A stretch of 64,000 nt of DNA from Takakia lepidozioides (GCA_030704615.1 CM060733.1:12710001-12774000); one strand, 5' to 3'; positions 9,439 to 23,200 are shown, numbered from the stretch's first letter. Numbers and translations are program-made. The notes: generated by a model not told the origin, from the letters alone.

Positions 9439-12400
9439 CACCACAGAATGCCACATGAAGGAGAAACACTATACTATCTGTAAAATGGATAACCATTCTA
9501 CTGAGAATTGTTACTACAACAGAAGGACAGCTGCAAGAGAACCTAGGCAAGTAAGGGTGCATCAGGTGCAGCCCCAGCCAAGAAGAAACAATGATCAGGA
9601 CCACTATGGTAGGTCTGGTGGTTATAACAATGGCATGGAAGGGAGAGGTAATTCAAGGGGGAATTACCAAGGAAATTCCAGAGGCAACTATCAGGGTAAT
9701 CCAAGGGGGAATTACCAGCCCGGGAATCAGGATTATAGAAATAATCCAAGAACAAGACCAAGGGCGAGGACCCAATGGTGAAGAGCTATTTATTATTATT
9801 GTAATCAGCCAGGACATCGCAGCAAGGCAGCCTGTTCATTCTGGATAAGACACCAGAATGAGATGAGAGCTCCTGTGAATGAGGGCCCAGTGGTGGCAGC
9901 TCACATGGTTAGGCCATGTGTTGTACCAGAAAGTAAGTACAATGATAGTAACAAGAAGTAAAGCCAAACTAATACCTCCAGTAGAAGAGGAAGAAGATGA
10001 GACTGGAAGTGGCAATGATATGCCTGAAGATGAAGAGACTTGGAAAGACGAGAAGGAACTGCACAAGGAAGTGGCAGATACTATAGGGAAATGCAAAAGA
10101 GTACTGATATTCCTGTGGCAGATTCCTCTGATTCGGATGGAGAAAAAGAAGGGAGTGAGGAAGAAAGGAAAAAAGAAGATGCAGACATGCAAAGTAATGA
10201 AGAGACTTTGGCTGCAGTAATATGTCAGACCAAAGCAGAGAATTACCATTGGACAGCTATTAGCTGTGGCACCTTATTGTAGGCACAGGCTGTATCAGGC
10301 AATCAATCGAATTGCCCAAGAGACAGGAAACACAGACCTGAACAGCAAGGTGACCAGTTATAATGTGAAGCCGGAAGGGCGAGAACCAGTCATGGACTTT
10401 GATGATTCTATGCCAGTAATCCAATGAGAATTGGAAGCACAAAGACTAACTGATGTACTGATAGTGGTGGTTCTGGAGTAAATATCATGACAGACCAATT
10501 AAGGAAGAAGCTTGGTCTAAGTAACATGAAACCAGCCCCATTACAGTAACAATGGCAGATCAAAGAAGTGTGCAGCCATTGGATTAATAAGAGGAGTTAA
10601 GATACAGATACAGAAAATGATCTTTATGATCACAGTAACTGTATTAAAAATGGATGAAGTCATGGAGGCTTACTCCTTATTATTGGGACGTCCGTGGCTG
10701 AAACAGGCCAGGGTATTCCATGACTGGAATTCTCAGTTATTAACCGTGAAATGGGATGGATACACGAGATACAAATTACCACAAAGAAATCTAGTAGATT
10801 ACCTGCTACAAGAAGACCTCGAGGAGTCAGAGAGTATGACTGGAGAGGAGGACAGGATGAGGAGCAGGAAAGCTACCCTATTTGCTGCACACCCAGAGTG
10901 GGAGCAGGTTGCGGAGATGCGGCTGGAAAAGCCTAAAGTTGTTTGAGAGGTATCTGCTGTGGTGTAGTGACAACAACACCAACTGAAGAGGAAACTAGCA
11001 TTTACCCATCACATTTCTATGAAGAGAGAGAAGGAGAAATAGAAATCTAGAAGAAACCAGCCACTGTGAGCTTACAGATGAAGTGGTGACTGGTTGGACA
11101 ATCACAGCTGAAGAGCCAGGTGAAAGAAGTAAATGTGGGACTCAGGAGGAACCGAGGATGTGATTGAAAGTAGGAGCTGATTTGGAGCCGGAATTCTTCG
11201 AAGAAGCTAAAAGCTTGTTCATCAAATACAGAGATGTATTTGCTTGGAGCTATGAGGATCTAAAAGGGATACCACTGAAGTCTGTCAGATAAGATTGAAC
11301 TGGAACCAGGGTCAGTACCAATCAAGCAGGCGAGGGTATAGAATGAATCCCAACTACGCACAGAAGGTTGGGAGAAGAGATAAAGAAGTTGGCTGAGGCT
11401 AAGTTTATTACCCAATAGAGTATACAACTTGGTTGTCACCATTGTTATAGTTTCCAAAAAGAAATGGCAAACTAAGAGTATGTGGAACTATAAAGAAGCT
11501 GAATGCTTGTACGAAGAAAGATCTTTTCCCTTTGCCATTCACAGAAGCAGTATTAAACACGTGGCAGGCCATGAGATGTACTCATTCATGGATGGCTTCA
11601 GTGGTTATAATCAAGTGCAAGTGGCAGAAGAAGACCAAGGGAAAACAGCTTTCATCACAGACTGGGGGCTTATGCATACAAGTCATGCCCTTTGGACTTT
11701 GTAATGCACCAGCGACCTTCAGAGAGTGATAAGTGAATCTTTTCATGAATATCTGGATGATTTCATGCAGGTATTCTTGGATGATTTCAGTGTGTACAGC
11801 TCTAAGAGTGAACACTTGCATAATTGGAGTTATGTTTGGCCAGATGCAGGATGAGAGGTCTGGGCCTGAATCCAAAGAAGGTGTACTTTCTGTGTGAACT
11901 CAGGGTGCTTCGGGGACACATTGTGTGTAAGAAGGGACTCCTTGTGGATCCCAGAAAGACAGAGTCCATTAAAGCATTCTCCACCCCAGAGTGAAATGTT
12001 AAAAGTCTACAAAAGATTCCTTGGGCAAACTAGTTATTACAGAGATTTGTCAAAATGTATGCACAAATAGCAGCACCATTGAAGCAAGCTTCTGAAGAAA
12101 GATGCAGTGTTTGCCTGGACAGCTGAATGTCAACAGGCGTTTGAGGAACTTACACTGTCAGTAACAACTACACCTGTGCTGATTAACCCCCACTGGCATG
12201 TAGTATTTCATGTTCACTGCGATGCATCAGGAGAAGCGTTGGGTGCGGTGTTTAGCCCAGAAATGTTACAGGGAATATAGATTCACCTGTGTACTATGCT
12301 AGCCGGTGATGAACAGTGCTAAAGAGGAACTATAGTGACAACGGAAAGAGAAGCATTGGCAATGATTTATGCAGTCAAGAAATTAGGCATTACCTATTGG

Positions 12401-13900
12401 GAAGAAAGTTTATGTTTTATGTGGATCACCAGGCTCTGATATATCTGGTGAACAAAACCTTTGATAAGTGGAGGCATAGCGAGGTGGTAATAATCTTGCA
12501 TGAGTTTGAGTTCGAGGTTATTTACAAGCCTGCCGCCGTTTGCATCTTGTGGCAGATCATTTGTCACGACTAACAACAGGAGAGGCCGCCACAGGAGTGG
12601 ACGATCAGTACCTGATGCGAGTTTATTTGTAATAGAGGTGCAAGGAGTGCAGATGAAATGGTTAGATTGGCAGTGGCCAATCAGATACTACCCTTGCTCC
12701 ATGGTCAGTGCCCACCTAGTTATGGTAAGGAGCAGAGGAGAGAATTGCTATCAAAGCTTTACCTTATACTAGGGTAGGGAAGCAGAATGTATAAGTTAGG
12801 ACCTGATGGGGTACTAAAACGATGCTTGTACCACCATGAAGTAAATAAAGTCTTGGAGGAAGTTCATAAAGGAGGGCTGGAGGGAGGTCATTTGGGAGAA
12901 GAGACTACCAGTAGAAAGATACTACTCGCAGGATACTGGTGGCCTACTTTGTTCAAAGATGTACACGAGTATTGTCAGAAGTGTGATGAATGTCAGAGGC
13001 TAGGACCTTTGCAGAGATCTGGAAGGATGGCCTTGCATCCTACAATGCCTACGGACCATTTCAGAAATGGGGGACTTTAACTTTGTTGACCAATAATCCC
13101 CATCCAAGAATACACGAAACAGGTACATAATTACAGCCACTGATTATACTACAAAGTGGGTGGAACTAAAGCTTTGAGGGACAACACAGCCAAGTCCATA
13201 GCAAGGTTCCTGTACGAGAACATACTACGCCGATTTGGCTGTCCCTAGAATTTATCAGTGATCAAGGAAGTCACTTCATGAATGAGACCATTGAGTTGTT
13301 GACTAAAGAGTTTATGATTGTGCATAGAAAGAGTACAACATATTACCCGCAGGGTAATGGGCAGGCAGAGGCTACCAAAACAAATACTATGTACCTCTTG
13401 GCTAAGATAGTCAATGCAAACAGAACGGATTGGGATACAAAGCTGCTGACAGCTTTATGGTCTACAGGACTTCATATAAAGTCACATACGTATACACCAT
13501 TCCAATTAGTTTATGTATGGAAGCCTTACTTCCAGTGGAATTCCTGTTACTACCATGAGATCGGAGCGTGGGGAAAAAGAATGGAATTGCAAGAATCCAT
13601 CAAGGTCAGGAAACATGAATTATACCATGTGGAAGAAGAAGTACGTGCTGATGCAGCTGATAATATGACCAGAATTCAGAGGAAGCGAAAGGAACAGTTG
13701 ATTATGAAGGCCAAGATAAAGACTTTAAGAGGGGGATTGGTTCTATGGTTGCCGAAGAAAGGAAAGATTCAAGCTTCTAAGCTTAAATCACCATGGAAAG
13801 GACCTTATGTCATACAAAAGATGTATGATAACAACAACGCCATGTTACAAACCATTAACAAAGAAATGTTGGGAGAGTCAATGCAAATAAGTTGAAGGGG
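9436..13900 (+). pseudogene. gag-pol of Gypsy copy 1 (many 1-bp frameshifts)
   Basis: Fragments MDGFSGYNQVQVAEEDQGKTAF, MPFGLCNAPATF, GGHLGEETTSRKILLAGYWWPTLFKD..CDECQR, YYPQGNGQAE, SPWKGPY in the order PR-RT-RH-IN. Confidence 0.93.
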
Positions 13901-14039
13901 TACAGTGGTATCCATGACAAACCCCTGCAGCATGATTTGCATATGAACGCAAGAACAGTTCACGGGTTGCACCAGTGTTCGAAACGGAGTATGGAACACT
14001 TGTTGCTAGGCCCAGCATATACGGAACCAGGGTGGGCAA

Positions 14040-14262
14040 AACAAAAGTGACACAGCCTATCACAGCCCATCACGACGTGACACAGCCTATCACAGCCCTC
14101 ACGATGGACACAGCCTATTTAGCCAGTCAGCAAGGCGCAACACAGCTATACACAGACAGATGCACGGCGCAAACAAACCTATCACAACCTACCACAGCGT
14201 GTCACAGCCTATCACAGCGTACCACAGTGCATCACGGCCTATCACAGTGTAACACAGCCTAC
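14040..14262 (+). repeat. Degenerate CACAGCC-type minisatellite downstream of pol
   Basis: Repeated gacacagcctatcacagcc; mirrored at 35299-35445 in copy 2. Confidence 0.8.
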
Positions 14263-14730
14263 TAAAGTTACACGATCCATAGAATCAGTGACAAGTGGAC
14301 ACATAATAACTTCAGGAAAATGGATGACGGAAGAGGAAACGGAAATTACTTTAAAAATAGACACGTGGAGGTCAGGGCGCGACACACAGCAGAATGAAGT
14401 GCAAGGACAGGTGTCAAAAAGAAAGAAGAAAGAACGGCCGTCAAAAGGGATGAAAGCAGGCCCATTAATGAGTACGGAAAAAGGGAAACGGAACGAACGG
14501 CAAGTACAGAAAAGCCGAATTCTTGTCACATGTGTGATCCTAGTGGACTATCCAAGAGGGAAAGTCCACTAAAGAAGATAAAATTTAAAATCCAGTCACA
14601 GCAGATACAGCCAATAGAAAACCAGAGAAAGGATCAAGAAAATAGAGGGAAATTGAGCGCAAGAGGCGGCGTCGTTCTGAGTAACGGGCGTCTCGACAGG
14701 ACAGGCCATAAATGCTATAACTTGGAAACT

Positions 14731-17700
14731 ATGGAGGAACTAACAGACTATACGCTCGCAATATTACTTACGCAGTGGCATAGACACGAAAGGACAGAGC
14801 AGAGCTTTTCTCTTGAGCAATGCTTGCAAGCCCCGCAGGCTTACAAGAAATTACCCATAGCTTTCTGCGGCAACCATACGTTTATGCTTTGTGCACTACA
14901 GGCATTCCTGCAGTTGTTACAGCCAAAGCAGTTGTGAGTCTAAAATGAAGAGAGTGAGAGGAATGGAGGAAATCAGGGTGAAGAGCACCACAATTCTGCA
15001 GAAAACAAACGATGGCTACCCCACAGGCGATAAAGATACTGGAGGAGCTGAGATTGGAAGGATTGCAAAGCCTGGATTGGACACTACACCATAGACAGTA
15101 CATGTTACAATTTTTGCAGAACTTTGAGCCAAGGACAGGAACAACAACGGTGAAGGGAGTTGAATTAATGATTACTCCCTATACCTCCAGCAATTGTTTC
15201 GATTGCCAGCAGGTCAGGTGCATGTGGAGGAACACAGGGCAAGACTGCAAATAGGGGACTTATTCCAAGAAGGGAGTTTCTTTAAAACTCAGGGTTATGC
15301 TTGTACCAAAGCTGTGTACCCAGGGTTTAAAAGAGATAGGCCAGGTATTGAACGTTCTGATTGCCCTGAAACAGAACCAACAATTTTGAGCAGATCCTTC
15401 ACAGAGGAAATACTCAAAGGCCTGAAGGGACAAGAGGTACAATGGGCGGACATAATGTACAACGCACTAGTAGAGGAGATGAAAAGATTACAAGGTACTA
15501 CCGCAAAGTCTCCTATCATTGTGTCTGGCCCAATCATTGCTCAAATAATCCTTAATTCTGGCATACTTAATGCACAAGAAAGGAAGGAAATGGGAGTGTT
15601 TGAGCCAGAAACAACTGCAATGGAAGAGCAAGGCTCTTCACACAGTGAGGGTGGACTAGCAGCACAACCCGAGACTAAGAGCAGAGAGAAGGGGAAAGAC
15701 TGTAGTGGCGGATCCACTGGCTTCACGGATTCCGCATGATAATGTTTCCCAAGCTCATGGCCAGGAAGGGGCACAGCAGCACAGACAAATGCTATTACTG
15801 GAAGCAGGACCTTCAGAGAGGGAGGAGGAGGAAGTTACTTCTGCATCACAGCCAACACAGCCACTTGAACGACTTGTCACAAGGTCACAAGTTATCCATG
15901 CAGCTCAACCCGAAATAATTGATTTGGAAAGTGAAGGGATAGATATTCCAACTACAGAACAGATAGTGGCAGAAATAGAGAAAGGGGACCTTCTCTATGA
16001 ATATTCTGGTCTGGTCAAGGAGACAGAAATCCCAGAGGTGCAACAGTTGCCCAAGGGAAATCCTGAGGTGCATATAATACACACACCTGTGTCGGAGGTA
16101 CCACAGGCGGAAGGTCATGACACTGTGTAGCACCGGTGTGATAGATGAAGTAGTTCAGGAAGAAAATCCGGTGGGACAATGGCCTGAATGGTTAGTGAGA
16201 CATCATACTGTTGAAGATCAGGAGGAACAGCAGCAACCTCACCATGATGACCCTCAACAGGCAATGCTGATGAGTTCCATAGGCAGGACACTTAATTTGT
16301 TGGGGACTTATGTCAAATCCCATGTTCCAATTACCCAATTGACAGCCTTGAAAGAGGAACTCAGGAAGGAGTTTGAGGCTCGACTTGCCACTGAGTGTGC
16401 AAACAAGGTCGATGAAGAGGTCACTCTCAAGATGAAGCAGGACTTGGGCAATACAGAAATGGCTTTGCAATTGGCCAAGCAACAATTGATTGAGGCAGGC
16501 CTCGCGCAAGACCAGTTGCACGAAGCACATAAGCAACAGCTATACCAAATGCAGGTGCAGCATGAAAGCAAGTTGCAAGAACTGAATGCACTACATACGG
16601 AGTTGCAGACAGTGCATAACAGGATGGCGATACAATGTGCTACATTTACAACTATGCTTGACCAATCTACAAAGAAATAAACAGTCAAGCGGAAAAATGT
16701 ACGAAGGCAGAAGAAGAAGAGAATGTTGAGCAAATGAAGCTCATGTCGATATGAAGAATACAATCTGTCGCAATGAAGATACTTTCAAGCAATACAGGCA
16801 GATGGAAGCTGATCAAGAGAAACACATCGTGGAGTTGCAACAAAATCATCGTGGCCAATAGAAATGAAATCGCGGTCAGTAACAAGGCTTGGAAGGAAGC
16901 CAATAATCTACTTGCTGCCTATGCGCAATTGGTTGAGCCACAGGCGAAGCGCATGGAGGCTTTACAACAGCAGTTGGAATTGTACAAGCTAAGAGAGGAG
17001 CAAACTCTCAGGGGAACCACAAGCAGCTTGGTGGATAACAGCCTTATGCAGGTCTGGTTAGCACAAGGGCCAGTAGAGGGCAAAAGCCCACGGAAGCTCA
17101 CCCAAAGCGAGATGAATGAGCTCAGACTGCAGGTGCAGAACATTGCCACAACTACTATAGACAATGTCTATAGTAGGATAGCAGAGTTACAAGAGGATGT
17201 AGACGGACTCCAGACTCAAGTGGAAGACCTCACTTCAAACATCGACCAAGAGTCTATATCCCTCAGGAACAGCTAATGGCTTCTTATTTGCAAGCCAGAA
17301 CTCTGGCTTTTCAGTCTTCACAGGAGGTGCAGGAGATGCCAATGATACAGGAGCCAGTACCACCACCACCACAACAGGTCATGTACCAGTAGCTGAACCT
17401 GTGGTTACTACAACCACACCACAGCCACCACAGCCGGAGGTATGGGGCAATGCCGCTTTTAACCCACCTAAAACTCCAGCTGCAAGGGAGTACAGTAGGG
17501 CTATGCTTATGCCCTTCAACCAAATTCCCATCATGTTGGATTTGGCTTGGAAAGAATTTAGTCCTCCGCAGTCATTCGCACATTACTACCAAATCATGCG
17601 TATTTGGCTGCCAGTGGCAACTAGGACTAAAGTTCTTCCAAACAATCGACATATTGAAGATCATCACTTTGCACAATATGGCACGAGGCAGGTACCATGT

Positions 17701-18520
17701 TGAGGGAATTGGTTGCTTTCCAGGTTGTACATGGACTCATTTATACCAAGACCAAGGAGATAGCAAGTATTGTCATGGGGTGCGGGCTACTACGCTGCTT
17801 GTTTTCTGGTACGTTACCACATTGAGCAACAAAAGATGCAAACACGCTTTCAAAGTTATTCCAGTGGAGATCATTGGGTATTACCTTCGGTGCCACCTCA
17901 TATGTACCTATATGACCCAAAAGTTATGATGCAAAAGGATTCTCAAATTCGTTCATGGTTTCAAGCAGCCTGCAACCATTTGTCAACACAGAAATTCGGA
18001 CTTGATGACATTTTCTATAAGGGACATGTGGCATGGAAGTACTTGCACGCTGCACCAGTAATTGGTACCCCACTCACTGGACAGACAAGGAGCTCAGTGT
18101 CTACACCAATTTTGCTGTTCAGCGGTTACACCAAGTTGTAAAATGCAAACTTCCAGACATGGTAGGACAGCATTGTATGCCCCAGATGATTCCACAAAAG
18201 TTCGAAAATTAAAACATCTGAGAGGTGATGAGGATTCTGATACAACTGTTTTTCACAGAATTCTTTTGACATGGGAGAAGACTATGCAATTCAGATGGCA
18301 GAAAAGAAGCGACGGGGGTCTCCTATGCCGGAAAGGTTACCTCGATATCAGCCTCCAGAGGGCCTCACTTATCCAGGTAGTGATCAACCATCTCCGTCAA
18401 CCAGAGACAGACCTCGGGCTCGTACACACAGTCCGCCACGAAACTCTCAACGTCAACAGGTGCTCACTCACAAAGGTTTGCTACTCGGAAACAGTAAACC
18501 GTGAGGACACGGCTTTTTGA
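14731..18520 (+). pseudogene. Extra sense-strand ORF 3' of pol (~1250 aa if repaired): PMD/plant-transposon-like N-terminus, long coiled coil, unknown C-terminus
   Basis: Contiguous frameshifted coding pieces from ATG 14731 to the PPT; LQFLQNF...TTVKGVELMITP..LQQLFRLP and G.EVQWADIMYNAL motifs; heptad-rich E/Q/L/K region; conserved in copy 2 and diverged fragments. Confidence 0.75.
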
Positions 18521-18532
18521 GGGGGGAAGGGG
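18519..18532 (+). promoter_or_regulatory. Polypurine tract of Gypsy copy 1
   Basis: gaggggggaagggg followed by taa then the LTR start TGTTAGAGG. Confidence 0.9.
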
Positions 18533-18535
18533 TAA

Positions 18536-19548
18536 TGTTAGAGGACTGTAGGGGACTTAGACACTTATACGGGATCTGTAGGGTACCCTTAATTTTTGCA
18601 CAGACTGAGACCAACAGGAGCCTTAGGGGTGACAGCAGCGCACTGTAGAGGGGGGTTACACAGTTACAGTCGTACACAGCCGTCACAGTCGTCACAGCAC
18701 AGCCAACACAGAGTCGTCACAGCTCACACAGCCCACACAGCCGTCACAGTCGTCACAGCCCGTCACACACAGCCCACACAGCCCACACAGCCGTCACACA
18801 CAGCCACACAGAGCCCACAACAGCCCACACAGCCAACACAGCCAAACACAGTCGCACAGCCAGTCACAGCCCGTCACAGTTTCACACAGCCAGTCACAGC
18901 TTGACACAGCTGTCACGATCATAGGGAACGAAGAGTAGGACAGGGAACGACTGTGGGGAACAACACCTGCGAAGGGAACATGTTAGTTCACAGACGACGG
19001 TTAGTGAGGGAAACGGTTAGAACTGCGGATAGGAAGATAAAGGGAAAAACGGGGAATTGAGGGGGATCATTATTCGGAGGAGGACTTCTTAGTCAGGCTG
19101 AGCGGAGATCGGAAGCAAAGATGGAGAGCACGTGAAGGAGGAAAGAGGATTAGTAGATGCTTGTTATATGCAAAGGTAGTGATATTGTGAGAGCAGATTA
19201 GAGACATAATGGCTTCGGCCTGATACCTGATAAATCATAATCTGATACTTACACGATACAATCACACTGTGTAGAGAGATCTGAGTGAAGCTGTGGATTG
19301 AATGGATGAGTGAAGGAAACCGATAGATTGATGAAGCAAACTAATACTTAATTATCAATGGTAAGGTAGCTAAGATGAATGCGAAAGGGAAACAAATAGG
19401 AAACACCCCCATGATACACTAGCTGTAGGTCATGACTGATTGTTCTGCGCGGGCTGAGTACCGGAGGTATTAGAGATTTCCAACTCTTCTATCTTGGAGT
19501 TTCCGGCCTCGGATAGCGAAGGGATGGGTGAGTAAAAGCCGCGCGACA
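18536..19548 (+). repeat. 3' LTR of Gypsy copy 1 (~1 kb, TG...CA) containing a CACAGC minisatellite
   Basis: TGTTAGAGGACTG...GCCGCGCGACA; homologous to 30176-31061 and 42229-43217. Confidence 0.95.
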
Positions 19549-19767
19549 GCAATCTCATGCCTTATCGTGCTCATCCTGTTTTTGAGTGGGAACCCCTACC
19601 GGCATATTGCATTGACTGCCCTATAGCAGGAGACTTGATTATATACAGGGTCCCTCTCAAGGTGCATCCTTGGGGGTTCAAAATGATGTTGTATTGTGAT
19701 GATATGCGATTTTCCTGCTGATGATATGCGTTCTTTGCTGCTGCTGCGTTTGGTGGAATTTTACCAG

Positions 19768-20021
19768 GTATTCAGCTGAGGTGAGGCCAGGGCGCTTTGG
19801 GATAATAATTACACTGTATAAGCAGCAGCTATTACTGCTTCAGAATCGCTTTATTCGTGCACTAGGTTCTGGTGCAGCATGTGACATTGAGTTCAATACT
19901 GTGGATGGGTTTCAAGGACGTGAAGTCGACATTCTGATTTTGTCCACAGTCCGGACGACAAGGGCGAGAGAATAATAGGAATGGTGAAGTAAATCGTGGA
20001 AGCATTGGGTTTGTGGCTGAT
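19768..20021 (+). pseudogene. Exon fragment of a SEN1/Upf1-like superfamily 1 helicase (C-terminal RecA domain)
   Basis: GIIITLYKQQ...IEFNTVDGFQGREVDILILSTVR followed by SIGFVAD after a frameshift; truncated before the RRMNVALTRA motif. Confidence 0.85.
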
Positions 20022-20271
20022 TACATAACAAGTAAAGGGGCTCTCCCATTTGTTGTCATATTCATTGCAGATTTTCCTACTTGGTGTAAATTGGTGCAAC
20101 AGAACCGAGAGTGTTGATATTCTTCTCACATTTGCTTTGGGTTGTTTTGCAGGCCATGTTTTCATACAACTGAATTGGACTGGGACAACCATTGGGAGAG
20201 AGAGTACACTTAAGCAAACTGTTGTCTGGTTTCCGATCTCTATATTGTGCTAACAGTTGTATCAGTTTTCA

Positions 20272-23200
20272 ATGGGGAACAAGAAGAACAAGTATAGGGT
20301 AAATGGAGAGGTAAGACCAGGCCCTCAAAAAAGGGCAAAACTGGCTTTGTTGGCTGCAGCCAGGCCCACCGAGGATGCACGCAAACAAACCCACGCTGAC
20401 CAGAAAAGATGTATAGGGAGAGACTTCAAGCCCAAAAAGAGGCAGAGATTAATGCGGCTACTACAACGTCTGGGCAAGGTTCTGTGGAAGATGCCAGGGT
20501 GGGGTTTGGAGAACGAGACAAGAGGAGAATAGCTTTGAAAATGGCCGACTTCTGTTACAAGCAATTGAGGGAATGCCCAACACTTCATTCACAAACAGAG
20601 GTAATGGAGTTATTTTTGGGTCACCATCTCATTAAACTCAGCTTACCTGCCTATTACTTGCCGCCTAAGGAGGCCAAGGCGCATGCAGATCTGTTGAAGA
20701 ACCAGCAGAGCTCCATGCAACTTGTTAAGGGTGTGCAGTCTTTAGATAAGCTTGCGAGTAAACGCTCATTCTTAACAGCGTCTGTTAGTGGAACCCAGAC
20801 CACTGCTGTGAGGGCAACGGCTCGTATTCTTAATATTCATCATAGCAATATTAGTCGTGCAATTGTACGACGAAGAGTCATTGATTCAGAAGGTGAGGGT
20901 TTGTGGGCTTTGGGTGGGAGAAAGAAAAGGTCTGATCATGTACCAGATGCGACCGAGCGATCGTTTTGGCTTGGTGGGTAAATGAGACACGAGTGTCACC
21001 CAACAAGAAAGATGTCGTGAGGCAGCGCGTATCGAGGAAAGTCTATGATACACAACCTGCTCACTATCTTCTTGAGACTCAGGTAAGCGAACCCCTCTTT
21101 ACAGTGTTTGTGTGGGCTCTCAGTACTTTACAATCCTTCTACACTTACTACTGTACATAACTGTATTGGACTATGTTGGAGTTTGTCAACTGCCATTGTG
21201 TTGTTTGGGTTGCCTCGTACATTTTCCCTAGACAAGGTACATCGTCACCTGTAAACCTACCAGTGGACTGAGATTACTGTACTCAATTGTGGACACTATG
21301 TCCAGCTCATGTCCTGAATTGGAGTGTCTTGAAGATGTCCCTCTTGTTCATGGACTGGTACTCATTGTAAACAGGCCTGGGATGGACTAGAAGTACGACT
21401 CACTAGCATGCACTCCTTATATTATGACTAGATAGGACAAAATAGCATGCACTCCATGTAATTGATTTGGAGGGACTAGAAGTCGATGTACATGTACTCC
21501 ATTAGTACATGCACTCCTTGAAATGTGACTAGAAAAGGACAATGACTAGGACTAGGACCGATTTGGACATGCATTCCTTGATATGTGACTAGAAAGAAGT
21601 AGGACTAGGACTGATTAGGACATGCATTCATTGGTATGTGACTAGGACTAGGACTAGGACTAGGACTGGTTAGTACATGCATTCCTTGATATGTGACTAG
21701 AAAGGACTCACACTCGGACTGATTAGTACCATGTACACTTCATATGTGACTAGGAAGGACTAGGTCTAGGACTACTAGGACTGATTAGTACTTTGTACAA
21801 TTTGACATGTGATGAGAAAGGACTATGACTAAGACTAGGTCTAGGACTGGTCTAGGTCTAGTAGTAGTTATTCTTAGTGCATGCACTAAATGGGATTCTC
21901 TTTGTGCATGTTGTGGTGGCAATGCAGACTGCTTTCTTTCTTTGCTTCAAATCAGCCCATCCCAATGTCAAAGTGGGTCAACGATTGTTTGAGTTGTTGA
22001 GGCCATTCTTGTCAAATGCTGAAGGATCGTAATGTTTGTTGCTGCAAATATCATGTGGAGATCGGAGTTGAAGGATGGGTTCAACAACATGCGGACTGCC
22101 GAGAGGGGTGTCCACTCTCCATCATCATGTACTGTGACTGTAATATTTGTCGACGTGGACCAGTATTAGATGGTGAAGCTGGTTGTCAAGCGAACAAGCA
22201 CCCCTACAAAGGAGTGACTTGGCTTGGCAAGAAATTGTTTGTCCAAAGGGGAATTGGATGAATGGCATCGGCGAGACTGTCTCATGGGAGAGGCTTGAGG
22301 TGTGGCTCAAGTAAGTTATCTATTTGTCCCGTGGAGGCAAATGGTTGTGATTTGACAGTGCAGTGGAGATGCTATGCAAAAGAGAATGTTGGGGAGAAAG
22401 ATGGAGCCCCTAGAATGAGACTGAAACTCCAATACCAAACGACTTCCTCTGTTGAATTCTTGTCGTACTTCAAACCCAAGCTACAGGCTTTTGTTCGTCA
22501 TAACTTTGTAGCCCGATGGCAAGATGCTCAGTTTAAAGCCAGTTTGAAATCTTTGCCAGAGAATACAATATTGTCTGTTGTTGACTTTGCTGAAAACTAC
22601 ACTTTTACAGTTCAGAATGAAGTGCAAGAGATGCACTGGCACAGTTTCCAGATCACTATATTGGTGCACATTACTACCGGTGGAATCCACACCCTGATGT
22701 GAATGATCCCGATTCCAAGGTTTTGAAAGAAATGCACTTTTACATTTCTGATGACAACAAGCATGACACTTTCGTACAACATTCTTGGAATTACCTTGCT
22801 GAAGCAGGGTTTCAGACCTGAATCGCATTGGGTATGAGTGACGGTTGTGCTGCTCAGTTTAAAGGTGCTCGTCCTTGGTATTTTGTTAGTAGGTACCCCC
22901 ACATCACAGGGGGTTGCACAATGTGGTGGAACTTTTTTGGATCAGGGCATGGGAAAGGTGAGCACGATGGGGCTGGTGCTGTGATCAAGAGGGCTTTACG
23001 AGCAGAGCAGTTAAACTCAAATGGTGTGAAGCTGCAAAATGCTGCTGAGGCAGTAGTTTTTTGCGCAAGAACCTGTTGACCTCCTTCTTCGTACTCTAAG
23101 ATTAGAACAGCAGTGAAAAGACACATTTTGGCTTGTTGGTACAGAAGATGTTGACCGTACACAAGAGTGGGATTGCAAGATCGTACCTGGAACTCGGTCT

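Larger units (their letters stand above)
9436..19548 (+). mobile_element. 5'-truncated Ty3/Gypsy LTR retrotransposon (copy 1)
   Basis: Gag CCHC knuckles, PR (VLIDGGSGVNIM, frameshifted), RT (FLDD), RNase H, integrase with GPY motif, extra ORF, PPT, 3' LTR; near-identical to the reverse complement of 30176-40084. Confidence 0.95.

Noticed and set aside
14731-18520. Envelope (env) gene
   Set aside because: No clear signal peptide or transmembrane segment; composition is coiled-coil and hydrophilic.
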